From a virus (taxonomy: Duplodnaviria; Caudoviricetes), in the IMG/VR virus record IMGVR_UViG_3300038673_000510, positions 52,959-116,958 of that record: a stretch of 64,000 bases of DNA; one strand, given 5' to 3'. How positions within the stretch are numbered: the stretch's first letter is position 1; each line of letters opens with the position of its first letter. Positions 10,204 to 20,056 of the stretch are shown piece after piece. The translations under genes and the position numbers were made by a program. The notes beneath the pieces were generated by a model. The model worked only from the letters and a program-made list of their open reading frames with translations, did not search any database and was not told the DNA's origin.

Positions 10204-12327
10204 ATGGCAGATACATTAAACGGTAATGATTTTAGAGAATATCGAGACCTCTTTGGAAGTCCCATTCAACAGCAAGCAACCGCTTCAGATGGAACAAAAG
10301 CAGAAATAGATATTCTACTTAAAAAAATTGATCGTAAGTTAAAACGTTTTACACAATCTGATAGTGAACTTATTGGTCAACCAGATTATACAATAAGTCC
10401 AAGAGAACTAATTCCTATATCTATTTTTAATAATGATGATGATTTAAACGCATTAGGCGGTTCTTCGTCTAAAAAACTAATGAATGACCTGGCTAAAATA
10501 GAACAGGAAAAAGCATTCAGATTAACTCGTTATAAAAGACTTCATAAAACTATTGAATCACCTGAAGCAGAAGGTATTCTAATGGTTTATGCTGATGAAG
10601 CAACAACAGAAGATCAGCAAGGAAGTATAATTCATATTCTCCATCCAGATAAAACAATTAAAGAAACCATTGAAGATTTATTTAGACGTTGTGATCTTGA
10701 GGATCGTTGCTGGTCTATGGTTTATAATATGTGTGGTTTTGGAGATGAGTTCTATGATGTTATTCCAGCTTTGTCAGCTGATAGAATTGCAAAAATAGAA
10801 TGGATTCCAAGAGATCAAATTGAACGTGTCGAAATAAACAATATTCTTCAGGGCTTTAGAACTGTTGATAAAAATTTAGATAATCAAGAACAAAGCGCTC
10901 TTTATACTACTTATAAATATGTAAATACTGATCAAGACACAGAAGAAAATGATCCAGTTAAAAATGCTGAAGGATTAATACACCCATTTAGAATTTTACA
11001 TTTTAGAATACCATCCGATAAATATAAACCATATGGAAAGTCTGTTCTTGATAGCATTATATCTCCAGTAGAACAATTAAATCTTATGATAAAAGCTATG
11101 TTAATTGCTCGTGTAAGTAGAGCACCAGAACGTAGAATATTTCATATTGATGTTGGCAATTTACAAGGAGAACCTGCTATTAAGTATGCTTATGATGCGG
11201 TAAATTTTCTTAAAAAGAAAAAACAACTAAGCGCAGTTGGAAATAGCGGTGGAACTACGCCAGATATGGTTCGTGATAGTTTTGGGGCCACTGAAGATAT
11301 AGTAATTCCTAAGCGTGCAGGAACAGAGGGAAATTCAATTGATACACTTCCATCTGCAAACGGCTTAGATCAAATCGGTGACATTGAATTCTTAAATAAT
11401 AGAATTTTTCCATCAACAGGAGTACCAAGAGAATATCTTTATGATACACAATTTGCATTTGCAAATACCACTCTTAGTTCTAAATCTGTTATTTTCGCTA
11501 AACGTGTAAGACGTGTTCAGCGTTTCTTTTTAAGTCAACTATATAAGCTGGTTGCTATAGAATTAAAACTTCGTGGTTTTTCTAATGAACAAATAAACGA
11601 TGTTACTCTTATGATGAATAATCCATCTAATATTGATGATAAAGAAAAAAATGAAGTTGACACGGGAATGTGGTCACTTATTAGTACCATAAAAGGAAGC
11701 AACACTGATGGTATTTTTTATCCAGATTACTTAATTTATAAAAATTATATGAAAATGGATGATGAAGAAATTGTAGAACTTCTTAAACTTGCGCAATTAC
11801 AAGCCGCTGGAGAAAATATATTTAAGTTTCTTCCTGAAGAAGATAGACCCGAAAGTGCAAAAGATCTTGGTAATAATCCTGGAACTAATGTAAATATGGG
11901 AGGGCCAGGTGGTGGTGGTGGCGGCGGAATTCCTATGGGAGGAGGAGCGCCATTAGGCGGTACCGAAAATCCAGAAGGCGGAGAAGGAACCGAAGGCGGA
12001 GAAGGAGAATTACCACCAGAGGCTAAAGGTGCTCTTGGTGAGCCAGAAGAATCAGTTGTTGATGATATTAATCCATTAAAAAATCAAGATTTATTTCTTG
12101 AGGCAATTGAGAATAAAGTAAAACTAATTAAAAAATTTCAAGAAGAACAAGCAAAAATTTTTGAAGAAGTTCAAAAGACCAGTGAAGCTCATATGTATAA
12201 GAAAAAAAGAACTATTCTGCATAATATGAATCTTTCTTATCTTGAAGAAACTGGTGAGCTTGATGGAATTGAAAATATTTTGGCTGTTAAAAACGATGCT
12301 TTTTTAGAAAGTGAAGAAGAAAAATAA
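10204..12327 (+). CDS. gp20: Portal protein
   Basis: YADEATT, PYGKSVLD, LIARVSRAPERRIFHIDVGNL and IDTLP; Gly/Glu-rich C-terminal extension. Confidence 0.95.
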   Translation: MADTLNGNDFREYRDLFGSPIQQQATASDGTKAEIDILLKKIDRKLKRFTQSDSELIGQPDYTISPRELIPISIFNNDDDLNALGGSSSKKLMNDLAKIEQEKAFRLTRYKRLHKTIESPEAEGILMVYADEATTEDQQGSIIHILHPDKTIKETIEDLFRRCDLEDRCWSMVYNMCGFGDEFYDVIPALSADRIAKIEWIPRDQIERVEINNILQGFRTVDKNLDNQEQSALYTTYKYVNTDQDTEENDPVKNAEGLIHPFRILHFRIPSDKYKPYGKSVLDSIISPVEQLNLMIKAMLIARVSRAPERRIFHIDVGNLQGEPAIKYAYDAVNFLKKKKQLSAVGNSGGTTPDMVRDSFGATEDIVIPKRAGTEGNSIDTLPSANGLDQIGDIEFLNNRIFPSTGVPREYLYDTQFAFANTTLSSKSVIFAKRVRRVQRFFLSQLYKLVAIELKLRGFSNEQINDVTLMMNNPSNIDDKEKNEVDTGMWSLISTIKGSNTDGIFYPDYLIYKNYMKMDDEEIVELLKLAQLQAAGENIFKFLPEEDRPESAKDLGNNPGTNVNMGGPGGGGGGGIPMGGGAPLGGTENPEGGEGTEGGEGELPPEAKGALGEPEESVVDDINPLKNQDLFLEAIENKVKLIKKFQEEQAKIFEEVQKTSEAHMYKKKRTILHNMNLSYLEETGELDGIENILAVKNDAFLESEEEK

Positions 12328-12346
12328 TTATTTTTTTACTAAAAAA

Positions 12347-12354
12347 GTAATATA
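12347..12354 (+). promoter_or_regulatory. putative late promoter GTAATATA
   Basis: The motif recurs in intergenic gaps upstream of structural genes. Confidence 0.55.
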
Positions 12355-12386
12355 TAAGTAATGACAATTCGGAGGAATATATATTC

Positions 12387-13646
12387 ATGAACGCAATAAA
12401 AAAAGTAACTACTATAAAAAATACTATAAATGAACTTGGCGGAACATTTGTATCATTAGTTAATGAAAACGAAGTTCTTGTTAAAGATAAAAACAATGCT
12501 GTTTGGCAAATTCCATTTATAGAATCTACAGAGAGTTATGTTTTTGATGGTACAAAAGCAACCAAAGTTCAGAAAGGAAGAATACAGCAAGATCCAATTA
12601 AAACTAATACCGCTAAACTTCGTAAAGGTATTACTAACATTTTTAAAACAGATAATTATGATGAAGCTATTTCTACTTTAAAATCTGTAATTAAAAATCT
12701 GCCTTATATAGAAGCTGAACAACCTCAAAAATGTGAAGAAACTCTTGAAGGTGGAAAAAAATGTACTGGAACTATTATAGCTGGCAAATGTACAAACGCT
12801 AATTGTCCAAGTAATGCAAAAGATAAAAAAGTATTAGAAAAAAATGAATTTAATTCTGTTACTGACGGTGCAAAAAAAATGGACGAAATGTTTGCTGAAT
12901 TCAATAAATCAAGTTATCTGTTTGATGAATCCGGCGATATTAATCTTAATGCTGCAATTACTCCAATGACAACTTTTTCAAGAGCATTTTTAATGAACGA
13001 TACAGATGTGTTCTTAGAAAAAATTGGACAATACAAAAAAATTAAACAATTAGTATCAAGTACATTAGAATCAGCCGTAACTGATGAAATTTTTTCGGTA
13101 TTAGATTGGTCGGAAAATTTTGATACTGCTCTTGCAAAGGCACTTACAATTATAAAAACACGTAAAGAAAGCATTAATATTCTTGAAACTCGTAAAGTAA
13201 TTACAGATGCAATTAAGGCAGTTTATAACGAAGAAGTTGATATGACAAAAGCTGCTCCATGGATTTATAATTTGGTGACACCAAATGAAACAGATAATAG
13301 TGTTCCATTTTTAAAATTTAGAACTGGTGCTTATACATATGAATCTTTAAAACTTATGTCTGCTGAATTAGACAAAGCTCTTGGTGCTAAAGATTTAACA
13401 GTTGAAGAACTTGAAAAACTTGGAAATTATAGAATGATTGTAGAATATATGTTACAATCGAAACAAATAAACGATCATGTGCTTACATCGATGGTTGAAG
13501 AATTTAATAAATTGTTTGTTAAAACTGATGAACAATATAAAGAATGTCCACTTGGCTGGAGAAGTAGAGACGAACAAATGCAAGGATGGACGAAAGGTTT
13601 TGCAAGTGCAATTGACAGGAATTTAACGGCAACAAAGGGAGCATAA
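12387..13646 (+). CDS. Putative head-associated protein
   Basis: Lies between portal and protease with RBS GGAGG; contains an internal Cys4 segment. Confidence 0.6.
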   Translation: MNAIKKVTTIKNTINELGGTFVSLVNENEVLVKDKNNAVWQIPFIESTESYVFDGTKATKVQKGRIQQDPIKTNTAKLRKGITNIFKTDNYDEAISTLKSVIKNLPYIEAEQPQKCEETLEGGKKCTGTIIAGKCTNANCPSNAKDKKVLEKNEFNSVTDGAKKMDEMFAEFNKSSYLFDESGDINLNAAITPMTTFSRAFLMNDTDVFLEKIGQYKKIKQLVSSTLESAVTDEIFSVLDWSENFDTALAKALTIIKTRKESINILETRKVITDAIKAVYNEEVDMTKAAPWIYNLVTPNETDNSVPFLKFRTGAYTYESLKLMSAELDKALGAKDLTVEELEKLGNYRMIVEYMLQSKQINDHVLTSMVEEFNKLFVKTDEQYKECPLGWRSRDEQMQGWTKGFASAIDRNLTATKGA

Positions 13647-13648
13647 AA

Positions 13649-13848
13649 ATGGCGGTCAGATTTCCAAACCATTATATTTAGATTATAACGTTCCCAATAA
13701 ACTACATGCAGATCAATCGCTGGTAACAGCGATTGAAGCGTTAAATAATATTGTTGAAATCAATAATGCTACTTATAATATCTTCAAAGAAATAGATGAC
13801 ATAATCGATATGAAACATCAATTACAAAAATTCGTTATACTACTATGA
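13649..13848 (+). pseudogene. Small gene with a 1-nt frameshift near its start
   Basis: RBS AAGGGAG and ATG 13649 lead to a stop after 10 codons. The -1 frame is open 13627-13848 and looks protein-like (ISKPLYLDYNVPNKLHADQSLVTAIEALNN...). Confidence 0.45.
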
Positions 13849-13883
13849 TATAAGGAAATTTTATAATTTAGGGATATTAAATT

Positions 13884-14111
13884 ATGAATCGCAATGACGA
13901 ACAAAAAGAAAAGCGTCGTCATCAATATGTGTACGGAGATAGTATAGAAGAAATATATACTAATTTACAAAATGCTCGTGATGCTGTATTAAATGCAATT
14001 GCTGGTGGGAAAGATTTATTAGAAATTACAGAACTCAGAAATATTCGTAACAAATTAGATAGAATATTGGAAATTTATAGAGATGGACGCAACAATAAAA
14101 TTGAGGATTAA
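13884..14111 (+). CDS. hypothetical protein (head module)
   Basis: 75-aa ORF directly upstream of the protease. Confidence 0.65.
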   Translation: MNRNDEQKEKRRHQYVYGDSIEEIYTNLQNARDAVLNAIAGGKDLLEITELRNIRNKLDRILEIYRDGRNNKIED

Positions 14112-14113
14112 TT

Positions 14114-14782
14114 ATGGAACAGTTTAAAACAATATATATATCAGAAGCTTTTGTACCTGACAAATTTGGGTTTACAGAAGAAATTATTGGAGAAGATGCT
14201 ACCGGTCCTATTAAAGCTCTTATTCTTGAGGGAGAATTCCAGCGTGCTGAAGCACCTAATCGAAATAAAAGAGTTTATTCTGAAAGTCTTCTTTCACGTG
14301 AAACAAACAAACTACAGCAGTTTATTAAAGAGAGAAATGGACTTTTAATGGGCATGGACCATCCACTTCCAGGTGATAATGAACAAGCTATGACGCTTAT
14401 TCAAAGAATGGGTATGTCTGAAAGTTGTGGATTATGTAAACATCTTGAAATGGCTAATAAAGTTGTTTATGGTAAAGCACAAATTCTTGAAGGCGACCAT
14501 GGTCATGGTGATAAACTTGCTGCTATGATAAGAGCAAAATTTAAGCCTGGAGTAAGTTCTCGCGGTATTGGTGGTAAAGCTTCATATCATACTTCTGAAG
14601 GATATGTGTATGTTCCTGAAGATTATAATATGATTACATATGACTTTGTATCTCAACCAAGTACATATAACGCTATTCTTTCACAAAGATTTAATGAAGA
14701 ACTTCAGTATTTTGAAAATTCTTTAAAACAATACACAAGAACTATGTGGTCTGTATTAACAGATATAAAAAGTAAATATTAA
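14114..14782 (+). CDS. gp21: Prohead core protease
   Basis: LEGEFQRAEAPNRNKRVY, GMDHP (catalytic His), GVSSRGIG (catalytic Ser), YDFVSQPSTYNA. Confidence 0.95.
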   Translation: MEQFKTIYISEAFVPDKFGFTEEIIGEDATGPIKALILEGEFQRAEAPNRNKRVYSESLLSRETNKLQQFIKERNGLLMGMDHPLPGDNEQAMTLIQRMGMSESCGLCKHLEMANKVVYGKAQILEGDHGHGDKLAAMIRAKFKPGVSSRGIGGKASYHTSEGYVYVPEDYNMITYDFVSQPSTYNAILSQRFNEELQYFENSLKQYTRTMWSVLTDIKSKY

Positions 14783-14794
14783 TTGGAGTATAAT

Positions 14795-15190
14795 ATGCAA
14801 ACCAAATATACTGATGAACAAATAAAAAGATTATTCGCTCGTAATGATATTTCTATTCTTGAACAAGCTGCGCATATTGCTGCTTCTAAATCAAATAAAA
14901 AAGCAATTAATGAAGAAGATGAACAATCAGATAAAGAAACCGATGATTTTGATAATGATGATGATCTCGATAGTATAGTTGATGCTGCAGCAACATTAAT
15001 GGATCAGTTAAGAGAACCTTGTGGTGAAATAGCAGATATATTAGTATCACAAGACTCAAGTGTTATTAATGCTTTAATCGATCATCTTGAAGATACAGGT
15101 AGTGGTTTTGAAGATACCGACGAACCACGTGATAGTGAAGCATTTAGGTTAATGAAAATCGTTTTAAAATCTTTTTATTCAAGAAATTAA
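14795..15190 (+). CDS. acidic prohead core-like protein
   Basis: GGAG RBS and ATG 14795; acidic, with ILE/INE protease-type sites; lies between gp21 and gp22. Confidence 0.55.
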   Translation: MQTKYTDEQIKRLFARNDISILEQAAHIAASKSNKKAINEEDEQSDKETDDFDNDDDLDSIVDAAATLMDQLREPCGEIADILVSQDSSVINALIDHLEDTGSGFEDTDEPRDSEAFRLMKIVLKSFYSRN

Positions 15191-15228
15191 AAAAAGTTAA
15201 AAAAAAGTAAAAAAAATTTTATTTTTAT

Positions 15229-15236
15229 GTAATATA
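15229..15236 (+). promoter_or_regulatory. putative late promoter GTAATATA
   Basis: Upstream of the scaffold/capsid operon. Confidence 0.6.
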
Positions 15237-15261
15237 AAAGTGTTATGAAATTGGAGGAACA

Positions 15262-16179
15262 ATGAAAATTCCAGAAATATTAAGCCAGATAAATCTTAAT
15301 GAAGAACAAATACAAGCTCTTGACACATTCTTTAAAGAGTGGACTGAAGAAATTAAGACTTCTGTTATAAATGAAGGTGCAATCCCTGAAGGCTATATAA
15401 AGAAAGAAGATGGTGAAAAAGCATTTAATCTTTATACACAAGATGCTGAAAAGGCTTTTGAACTTTTTAAAGAAGACAGTGAGAAGGCTTTTGAGCTTGC
15501 TAAACAAGATTGGCAAGAAGAGTTTAATGGTATTCTTGAAGCTAAACAGAATCAGTATACCGAAGCTATGGCAAAGGCAATGCAAGATATATATGAAGAA
15601 ATAGAAGTTAGAGTAAAAAATGACTTTATGGTTTCTGAAGAATATAAAGCATTCCAAAAAGTAAAAGATGCTATTGTTCCTGTTGTTATTTCTGAGAGTC
15701 AAAAAGAAATACTCGATAAAATAAAAACAGTAGAAGAAAAAGAAGCTGTTCTTGAGGCTAATGAAAGAGAACTTTCTAAGAATGTAGCTATTAATACTTT
15801 ACTTCAAGATTTTCCACAGGAATATGTAGAAACTGTTAAAAAGTTTATTTCTAAGGCAAGTACTGAAGCTGAAGTATATGAAAGATTTAATACAATTGTA
15901 GAAATGGTAGATAAGGGACTTATCAATAAAAATGGTAAAGCTACAACTGTAAATGAAGATGTTGAGCCTGCTACTAAAGCGACGTTCAGACGTAAAGTAC
16001 AGCAATCACAGCAAGCTGCGAAAGAAGTAAAAGCAAACAAGCAAACTGCGCAGCCTGTTTTTGAATCTGCAACTGGAAAAGAAACTAAACCTGCTCCTGA
16101 TAAATCTAAGGGAAAACCTGGATTAACCGATTGGGAACGCACAGTAATTGGTTTAGCGTTTCCTCAGCAGACTATATAA
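15262..16179 (+). CDS. gp22: Prohead scaffold/core protein
   Basis: Glu/Lys-rich helical protein with repeated EKAFEL units, immediately before the capsid gene. Confidence 0.75.
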   Translation: MKIPEILSQINLNEEQIQALDTFFKEWTEEIKTSVINEGAIPEGYIKKEDGEKAFNLYTQDAEKAFELFKEDSEKAFELAKQDWQEEFNGILEAKQNQYTEAMAKAMQDIYEEIEVRVKNDFMVSEEYKAFQKVKDAIVPVVISESQKEILDKIKTVEEKEAVLEANERELSKNVAINTLLQDFPQEYVETVKKFISKASTEAEVYERFNTIVEMVDKGLINKNGKATTVNEDVEPATKATFRRKVQQSQQAAKEVKANKQTAQPVFESATGKETKPAPDKSKGKPGLTDWERTVIGLAFPQQTI

Positions 16180-16210
16180 ATAAAATAAACGGAATTGGAG
16201 GATTAAGTTC

Positions 16211-17791
16211 ATGTATTATAATGAAGCTTATGAATTAAGAAAACAAGAAGAAGATAAGCTCTTCAAAAAATGGGAAGAAGCTCTGAACATAGATGGTGGT
16301 GTAAGAGACGAACACATGGCTCGTACTACAGCTATATGTCTCGAAAACTATATGTCATATCTTCATGGAAACCCACATTTAGTGGCTGAAGATCAGATTC
16401 AGACAAACGCATTCACAGGAGTTAACCTTGCTCTATTAGGTCTTATTGCTCGTGTTATTCCTACTCTTGTTGGTGCTGAACTTGTAGGTATTCAAGCGCT
16501 TCCTACACCTAAGTCTCCTATCTTCACAATGAGATGGTATTACTCAAATAACAAAGGTCAGACACGTAAAGGTGATGAACTTTGGAAATCTCCTACAGAT
16601 TTCTCAAGATTCCCAGTAGGTCTTGATGCAAATTACTCTTCACAGATTATCGTTGAAGACGTTGCTACTGGTGCAGCAGAACACTTACTTGAATTTGGTA
16701 ACACTAATGATAACATTCGTGCGACTAAGCCTTTCATCTTTGCTGGTTCTATGTACATCACTGCTTTTAATGCAGAAACAAAAGATGTTGTTATCGAAGG
16801 TTATGTACCTGGTGCTTATATGACAGCTGGTACTTCAGTTGCTTTCTCAGTTGTTCGTGCAGTTGAAACTGGACATGACGCTCTTATTACAGGTCTTACA
16901 TTCGCAAACACAGGTGGCGTTCTTGGAATTACTGGAACACGTGCTGCTTCTGTAACTATTGGCGGTTCAACAGTTGCTCTTAACTGGCGCCTAAAATATG
17001 AATACAAAGGTGAAGCTGATCCTAACGCTCCTGAACTTAACTTTGAAATCACAGATGAAACTGTTGAAGTTATCAGACGTCAGTTAAGAGGAAAATATAC
17101 AATGGACGCAGCTTATGACCTACAGAAGTTACATGGTCTTAATGTTGATGCTGAGCTTACTAACATGATGAAAATCGAGTTACAAGCTGAGATCAACCGC
17201 GAAATTGTTGCTGACCTTCGTGCTATGGCTGCAATCGTTAAAACTCTTGACTTCAATACTGTTGGTGATGGTGCTACTGGTATAACAATCCGTGGAAACT
17301 ACGATGATGCTCACAAGATTCTTCTTGATAGTATCAACACAATGTCTGCTGAAGTATTCAACATTGGTCGTTTAGGAAAAGCTAACTTCGTACTTGGAAA
17401 TCCAACTACTCTTGCTTTCCTTGATCGTGTACCTGGATTCGTTGGTGCTGGTGTAAATTACAACGGTAAAGAACTTGGTTATGCTGGTTCACTTGGTGGA
17501 AAAATGAAATTCTACATCGATCCTAACTATCCTAAGAATGAACTTCTTATAGGTTACAAAGGACCAGGTGCTCTTGATACTGGATATATCCATGCTCCTT
17601 ATCTTCCTATCATTGCTACTCCTACGATGATTAACCAGGAAACTGGAGACCCATCGAAGATCTTCTACACAAGATATGGTAAAACATATAATATGTATGG
17701 ACCTACAGGACCAAGTAATAAAATTTTGATGGGGGAATATCAATATGCTCGTCTTATCCTCAAGAATTTCCCAACAAGTTTAACATTCTAA
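16211..17791 (+). CDS. gp23: Major capsid protein
   Basis: ELVGIQALPTPKSPIF, RQLRGKYTMDAAYDLQKLHGLNVDAEL...AEINREIV, GYIHAPYLP, TRYG. Confidence 0.97.
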   Translation: MYYNEAYELRKQEEDKLFKKWEEALNIDGGVRDEHMARTTAICLENYMSYLHGNPHLVAEDQIQTNAFTGVNLALLGLIARVIPTLVGAELVGIQALPTPKSPIFTMRWYYSNNKGQTRKGDELWKSPTDFSRFPVGLDANYSSQIIVEDVATGAAEHLLEFGNTNDNIRATKPFIFAGSMYITAFNAETKDVVIEGYVPGAYMTAGTSVAFSVVRAVETGHDALITGLTFANTGGVLGITGTRAASVTIGGSTVALNWRLKYEYKGEADPNAPELNFEITDETVEVIRRQLRGKYTMDAAYDLQKLHGLNVDAELTNMMKIELQAEINREIVADLRAMAAIVKTLDFNTVGDGATGITIRGNYDDAHKILLDSINTMSAEVFNIGRLGKANFVLGNPTTLAFLDRVPGFVGAGVNYNGKELGYAGSLGGKMKFYIDPNYPKNELLIGYKGPGALDTGYIHAPYLPIIATPTMINQETGDPSKIFYTRYGKTYNMYGPTGPSNKILMGEYQYARLILKNFPTSLTF

Positions 17792-17817
17792 TAGAAGCTT
17801 AAAATAGAAATAATAAG

Positions 17818-17850
17818 AAATGGAACCAATTTTTTGGTTCCATTTTTTTT
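17818..17850 (+). terminator. Rho-independent terminator after the capsid gene
   Basis: AAATGGAACCAA-loop-TTGGTTCCATTT followed by a T-run. Confidence 0.85.
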
Positions 17851-17885
17851 GCTTTTTTAGTATAATAAATTAAAGAGGCAAAAAA

Positions 17886-18497
17886 ATGGAATATATAGTA
17901 TATAAAATAACAAATAAAGTAAACAATAAAATTTATATAGGGCTTACAAATAATTTTCAAAAAAGAAAACAAGGACACCTAAGTGATTGTTTTAATGAAA
18001 AATCTAAACGATACAATCATTTAATATATAGAGCAATAAGAAAGTATGGATTAGAAAATTTTCAGTGGGATATATTAAAAACTTATCCAGATAGAAAATC
18101 TATGGAACTTGGAGAAAAGTATTATATAGCTTATTATGAAAGTAACAATAAAAATAATGGATATAACTGTACTATAGGTGGTGACGGTGGACCAATTCGA
18201 TTAGGTATGAAAACTTCCGAAGAAACTAAAAAGAAAATTAGTCTATCATGTAAAGGTAAAGTAATATCTGAAGAACAGAAGAAACAAATTTCTGAAACAT
18301 TAAAAGGTAGAAAGCCATCAAATAATACTATTATAGCAAATAGTAGACCTATTAAAAATATAGTTACTGGTGAAATGTTTATATCAGTAAAAGAAGCTTA
18401 TGAAAAAGACCAAGTTAGCAAAAGTACTATTTTTAGAATTTTAAATGGTAAACAAGATAAAGATTATAAGCACAATTATGTGTATCAATATATGTAG
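17886..18497 (+). CDS. Free-standing GIY-YIG homing endonuclease with NUMOD3-type repeats
   Basis: IVYKITNKVNNKIYIG...R...E...GYNCTIGGDG; SEETKKKIS repeats; C-terminal HTH. Confidence 0.9.
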   Translation: MEYIVYKITNKVNNKIYIGLTNNFQKRKQGHLSDCFNEKSKRYNHLIYRAIRKYGLENFQWDILKTYPDRKSMELGEKYYIAYYESNNKNNGYNCTIGGDGGPIRLGMKTSEETKKKISLSCKGKVISEEQKKQISETLKGRKPSNNTIIANSRPIKNIVTGEMFISVKEAYEKDQVSKSTIFRILNGKQDKDYKHNYVYQYM

Positions 18498-18523
18498 AAA
18501 TTAACGTAGAATAAAATAAAAAG

Positions 18524-18553
18524 AAAAGGACCTAAAAAATTAGGTCCTTTTTT
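18524..18553 (+). terminator. Rho-independent terminator
   Basis: AAAAGGACCTAA-loop-TTAGGTCCTTTT. Confidence 0.85.
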
Positions 18554-18564
18554 ATTTGTTCTCT

Positions 18565-18572
18565 GTAATATA
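18565..18572 (+). promoter_or_regulatory. putative late promoter GTAATATA heading the first YLE-gene cluster
   Basis: Immediately after a terminator and upstream of a GAGGA RBS. Confidence 0.6.
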
Positions 18573-18606
18573 ATAGCATATATTATAGATGAGGATTTAT
18601 TTGATT

Positions 18607-19284
18607 ATGTTTAAAACTTACCTTGAATATTTGACACGTAAAGAAAGAAGTATTGCTGCTAATAATGGACAGACCAACCTTACTCAAATAAATAAAGTGA
18701 CCGCGAGAGAGGATGATAAGCTTCCAGAATGGTGGTATAGTAATTTTTATACTACTCCCGAACATGTGACAACTAAAAAAGAATATATAGATTATTATTC
18801 AGATAAAATTAGTGAGGTTACTCCCAATACTGATTATAAAAAAATAAGAAAGAGAGTAATAGTCGTTCCACAGGGTAAAGCTTATTGTGGGGATTCAAAT
18901 GAAGTAATACATAATCCTATAATTGGATATATGATGTGCCTTGGATTAATTCCTATGACTATTGATCTTTCAGATTATCAATGGACTTATGAGCCGGTTG
19001 AGGCTAAAAATCTTTTAGCACTTGAAATTGCAGCCTATGGGTCATATCAATCAGAAATATATTTTTCGGAAAGTTATAATCCTTATACTTTGAAAGATAT
19101 TAAAAAAATTATTAATCGACACTATAATGAAGTTTTAAAAAAATTATTTAATATCACTACAGATGATATTCAGTTTATGGATCACCATTTAGAAGAATTA
19201 GAAAATGATGATGAAGATGATCCAGCTTACGATGACGATGACGATGTTTTTGCTTATTATGATAATCCATTTGAAGAGAGTTAA
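18607..19284 (+). CDS. YLE-leader protein, GQTNL paralog family, copy 1
   Basis: MFKTYLEYLTRKERSIAANNGQTNL; shares LPxW, IH..I..YMMC.G and ESY with 23948 and 25038. Confidence 0.75.
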   Translation: MFKTYLEYLTRKERSIAANNGQTNLTQINKVTAREDDKLPEWWYSNFYTTPEHVTTKKEYIDYYSDKISEVTPNTDYKKIRKRVIVVPQGKAYCGDSNEVIHNPIIGYMMCLGLIPMTIDLSDYQWTYEPVEAKNLLALEIAAYGSYQSEIYFSESYNPYTLKDIKKIINRHYNEVLKKLFNITTDDIQFMDHHLEELENDDEDDPAYDDDDDVFAYYDNPFEES

Positions 19285-19683
19285 ATTATGAAAAAAACAT
19301 TAGATTTTTATTTAGAGATGATATTTCAAAAAGATAATAAAGATTTTACTAAAAATTTTAAGTATTCGGCAAAACTCGAGACAATAGAAAGACATTTATT
19401 TGGTGATTATCTTTATATATTGTCTGAAAAAGTTGAAAATAAAGTTCCATATAAATATAAATGGAAAAAAGCAAAATCAAGAAAAGATTCAGATAAATAT
19501 AATCAGTATAGAATCATAGTTGACTCAGCAACTGGCGAACCTGTTGTAAGATACGAATGGGCTACTTCAATCTTTGAATCTGATATTCCTAAAGAACAAT
19601 TTTTTAAAGAAATAAAAGATTTTGTACAAGAAGAAAAAATAAAATTAAAAAGGTTAATGGATACAATGTTTCCTAAATATTAA
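19021..19683 (+). repeat. Donor copy of the 663-bp duplicated segment
   Basis: 19309-19683 equals 21979-22353. 19021-19318 equals 22354-22652 apart from one substitution and one extra A. Confidence 0.95.
19288..19683 (+). CDS. YLE-leader hypothetical protein (original copy)
   Basis: MKKTLDFYLEMIF...; identical to 21961-22353 from YLE onward. Confidence 0.8.
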   Translation: MKKTLDFYLEMIFQKDNKDFTKNFKYSAKLETIERHLFGDYLYILSEKVENKVPYKYKWKKAKSRKDSDKYNQYRIIVDSATGEPVVRYEWATSIFESDIPKEQFFKEIKDFVQEEKIKLKRLMDTMFPKY

Positions 19684-19684
19684 T

Positions 19685-20056
19685 ATGTTAAAAATATATT
19701 TAGAAAATATATCACAAGAACGTTGGCAGGAATATATAGAAAGAATACCGATGCTTAAAGCTGGTGTTGAGGTACTTCATAAACTTGAAAAATTTGGTGA
19801 AGCATATATAGTTGGTGGCGCAGTTCGTGATATAGTTTCAGGTACTAAAGAGCCACATGATATAGATATAGCAACTAATGTGCCAATGGAAGTAATTGCT
19901 AAAATTTTTGGTAATGATAAAATCAATGATATAGGTGCCTCAAAAGATTTTGGAATAATTACTTTACAGTATAAAGGCTTTAATTATGAAATAGCTCAAT
20001 TTAGATCGGAATCTTATGTTGAACCAGATTATGTACAAAGAATAATAGAGGAATAA
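19685..20056 (+). CDS. cca: Split CCA-adding tRNA nucleotidyltransferase, N-terminal fragment
   Basis: Motif A AYIVGGAVRD...DIDIATN and YEIAQFRSESY, then 12 extra residues and a stop. Confidence 0.9.
   Translation: MLKIYLENISQERWQEYIERIPMLKAGVEVLHKLEKFGEAYIVGGAVRDIVSGTKEPHDIDIATNVPMEVIAKIFGNDKINDIGASKDFGIITLQYKGFNYEIAQFRSESYVEPDYVQRIIEE

Noticed and set aside
11900-12010. GC-rich repeats in the portal 3' region as foreign DNA
   Set aside because: They encode a Gly/Glu/Pro low-complexity tail (EGGEG twice), which is common in large-phage portals.
13714-13735. Hairpin CAATCGCTG-gtaa-CAGCGATTG as a terminator or ncRNA
   Set aside because: There is no U-tract and it lies inside the frameshifted ORF, so support is insufficient.
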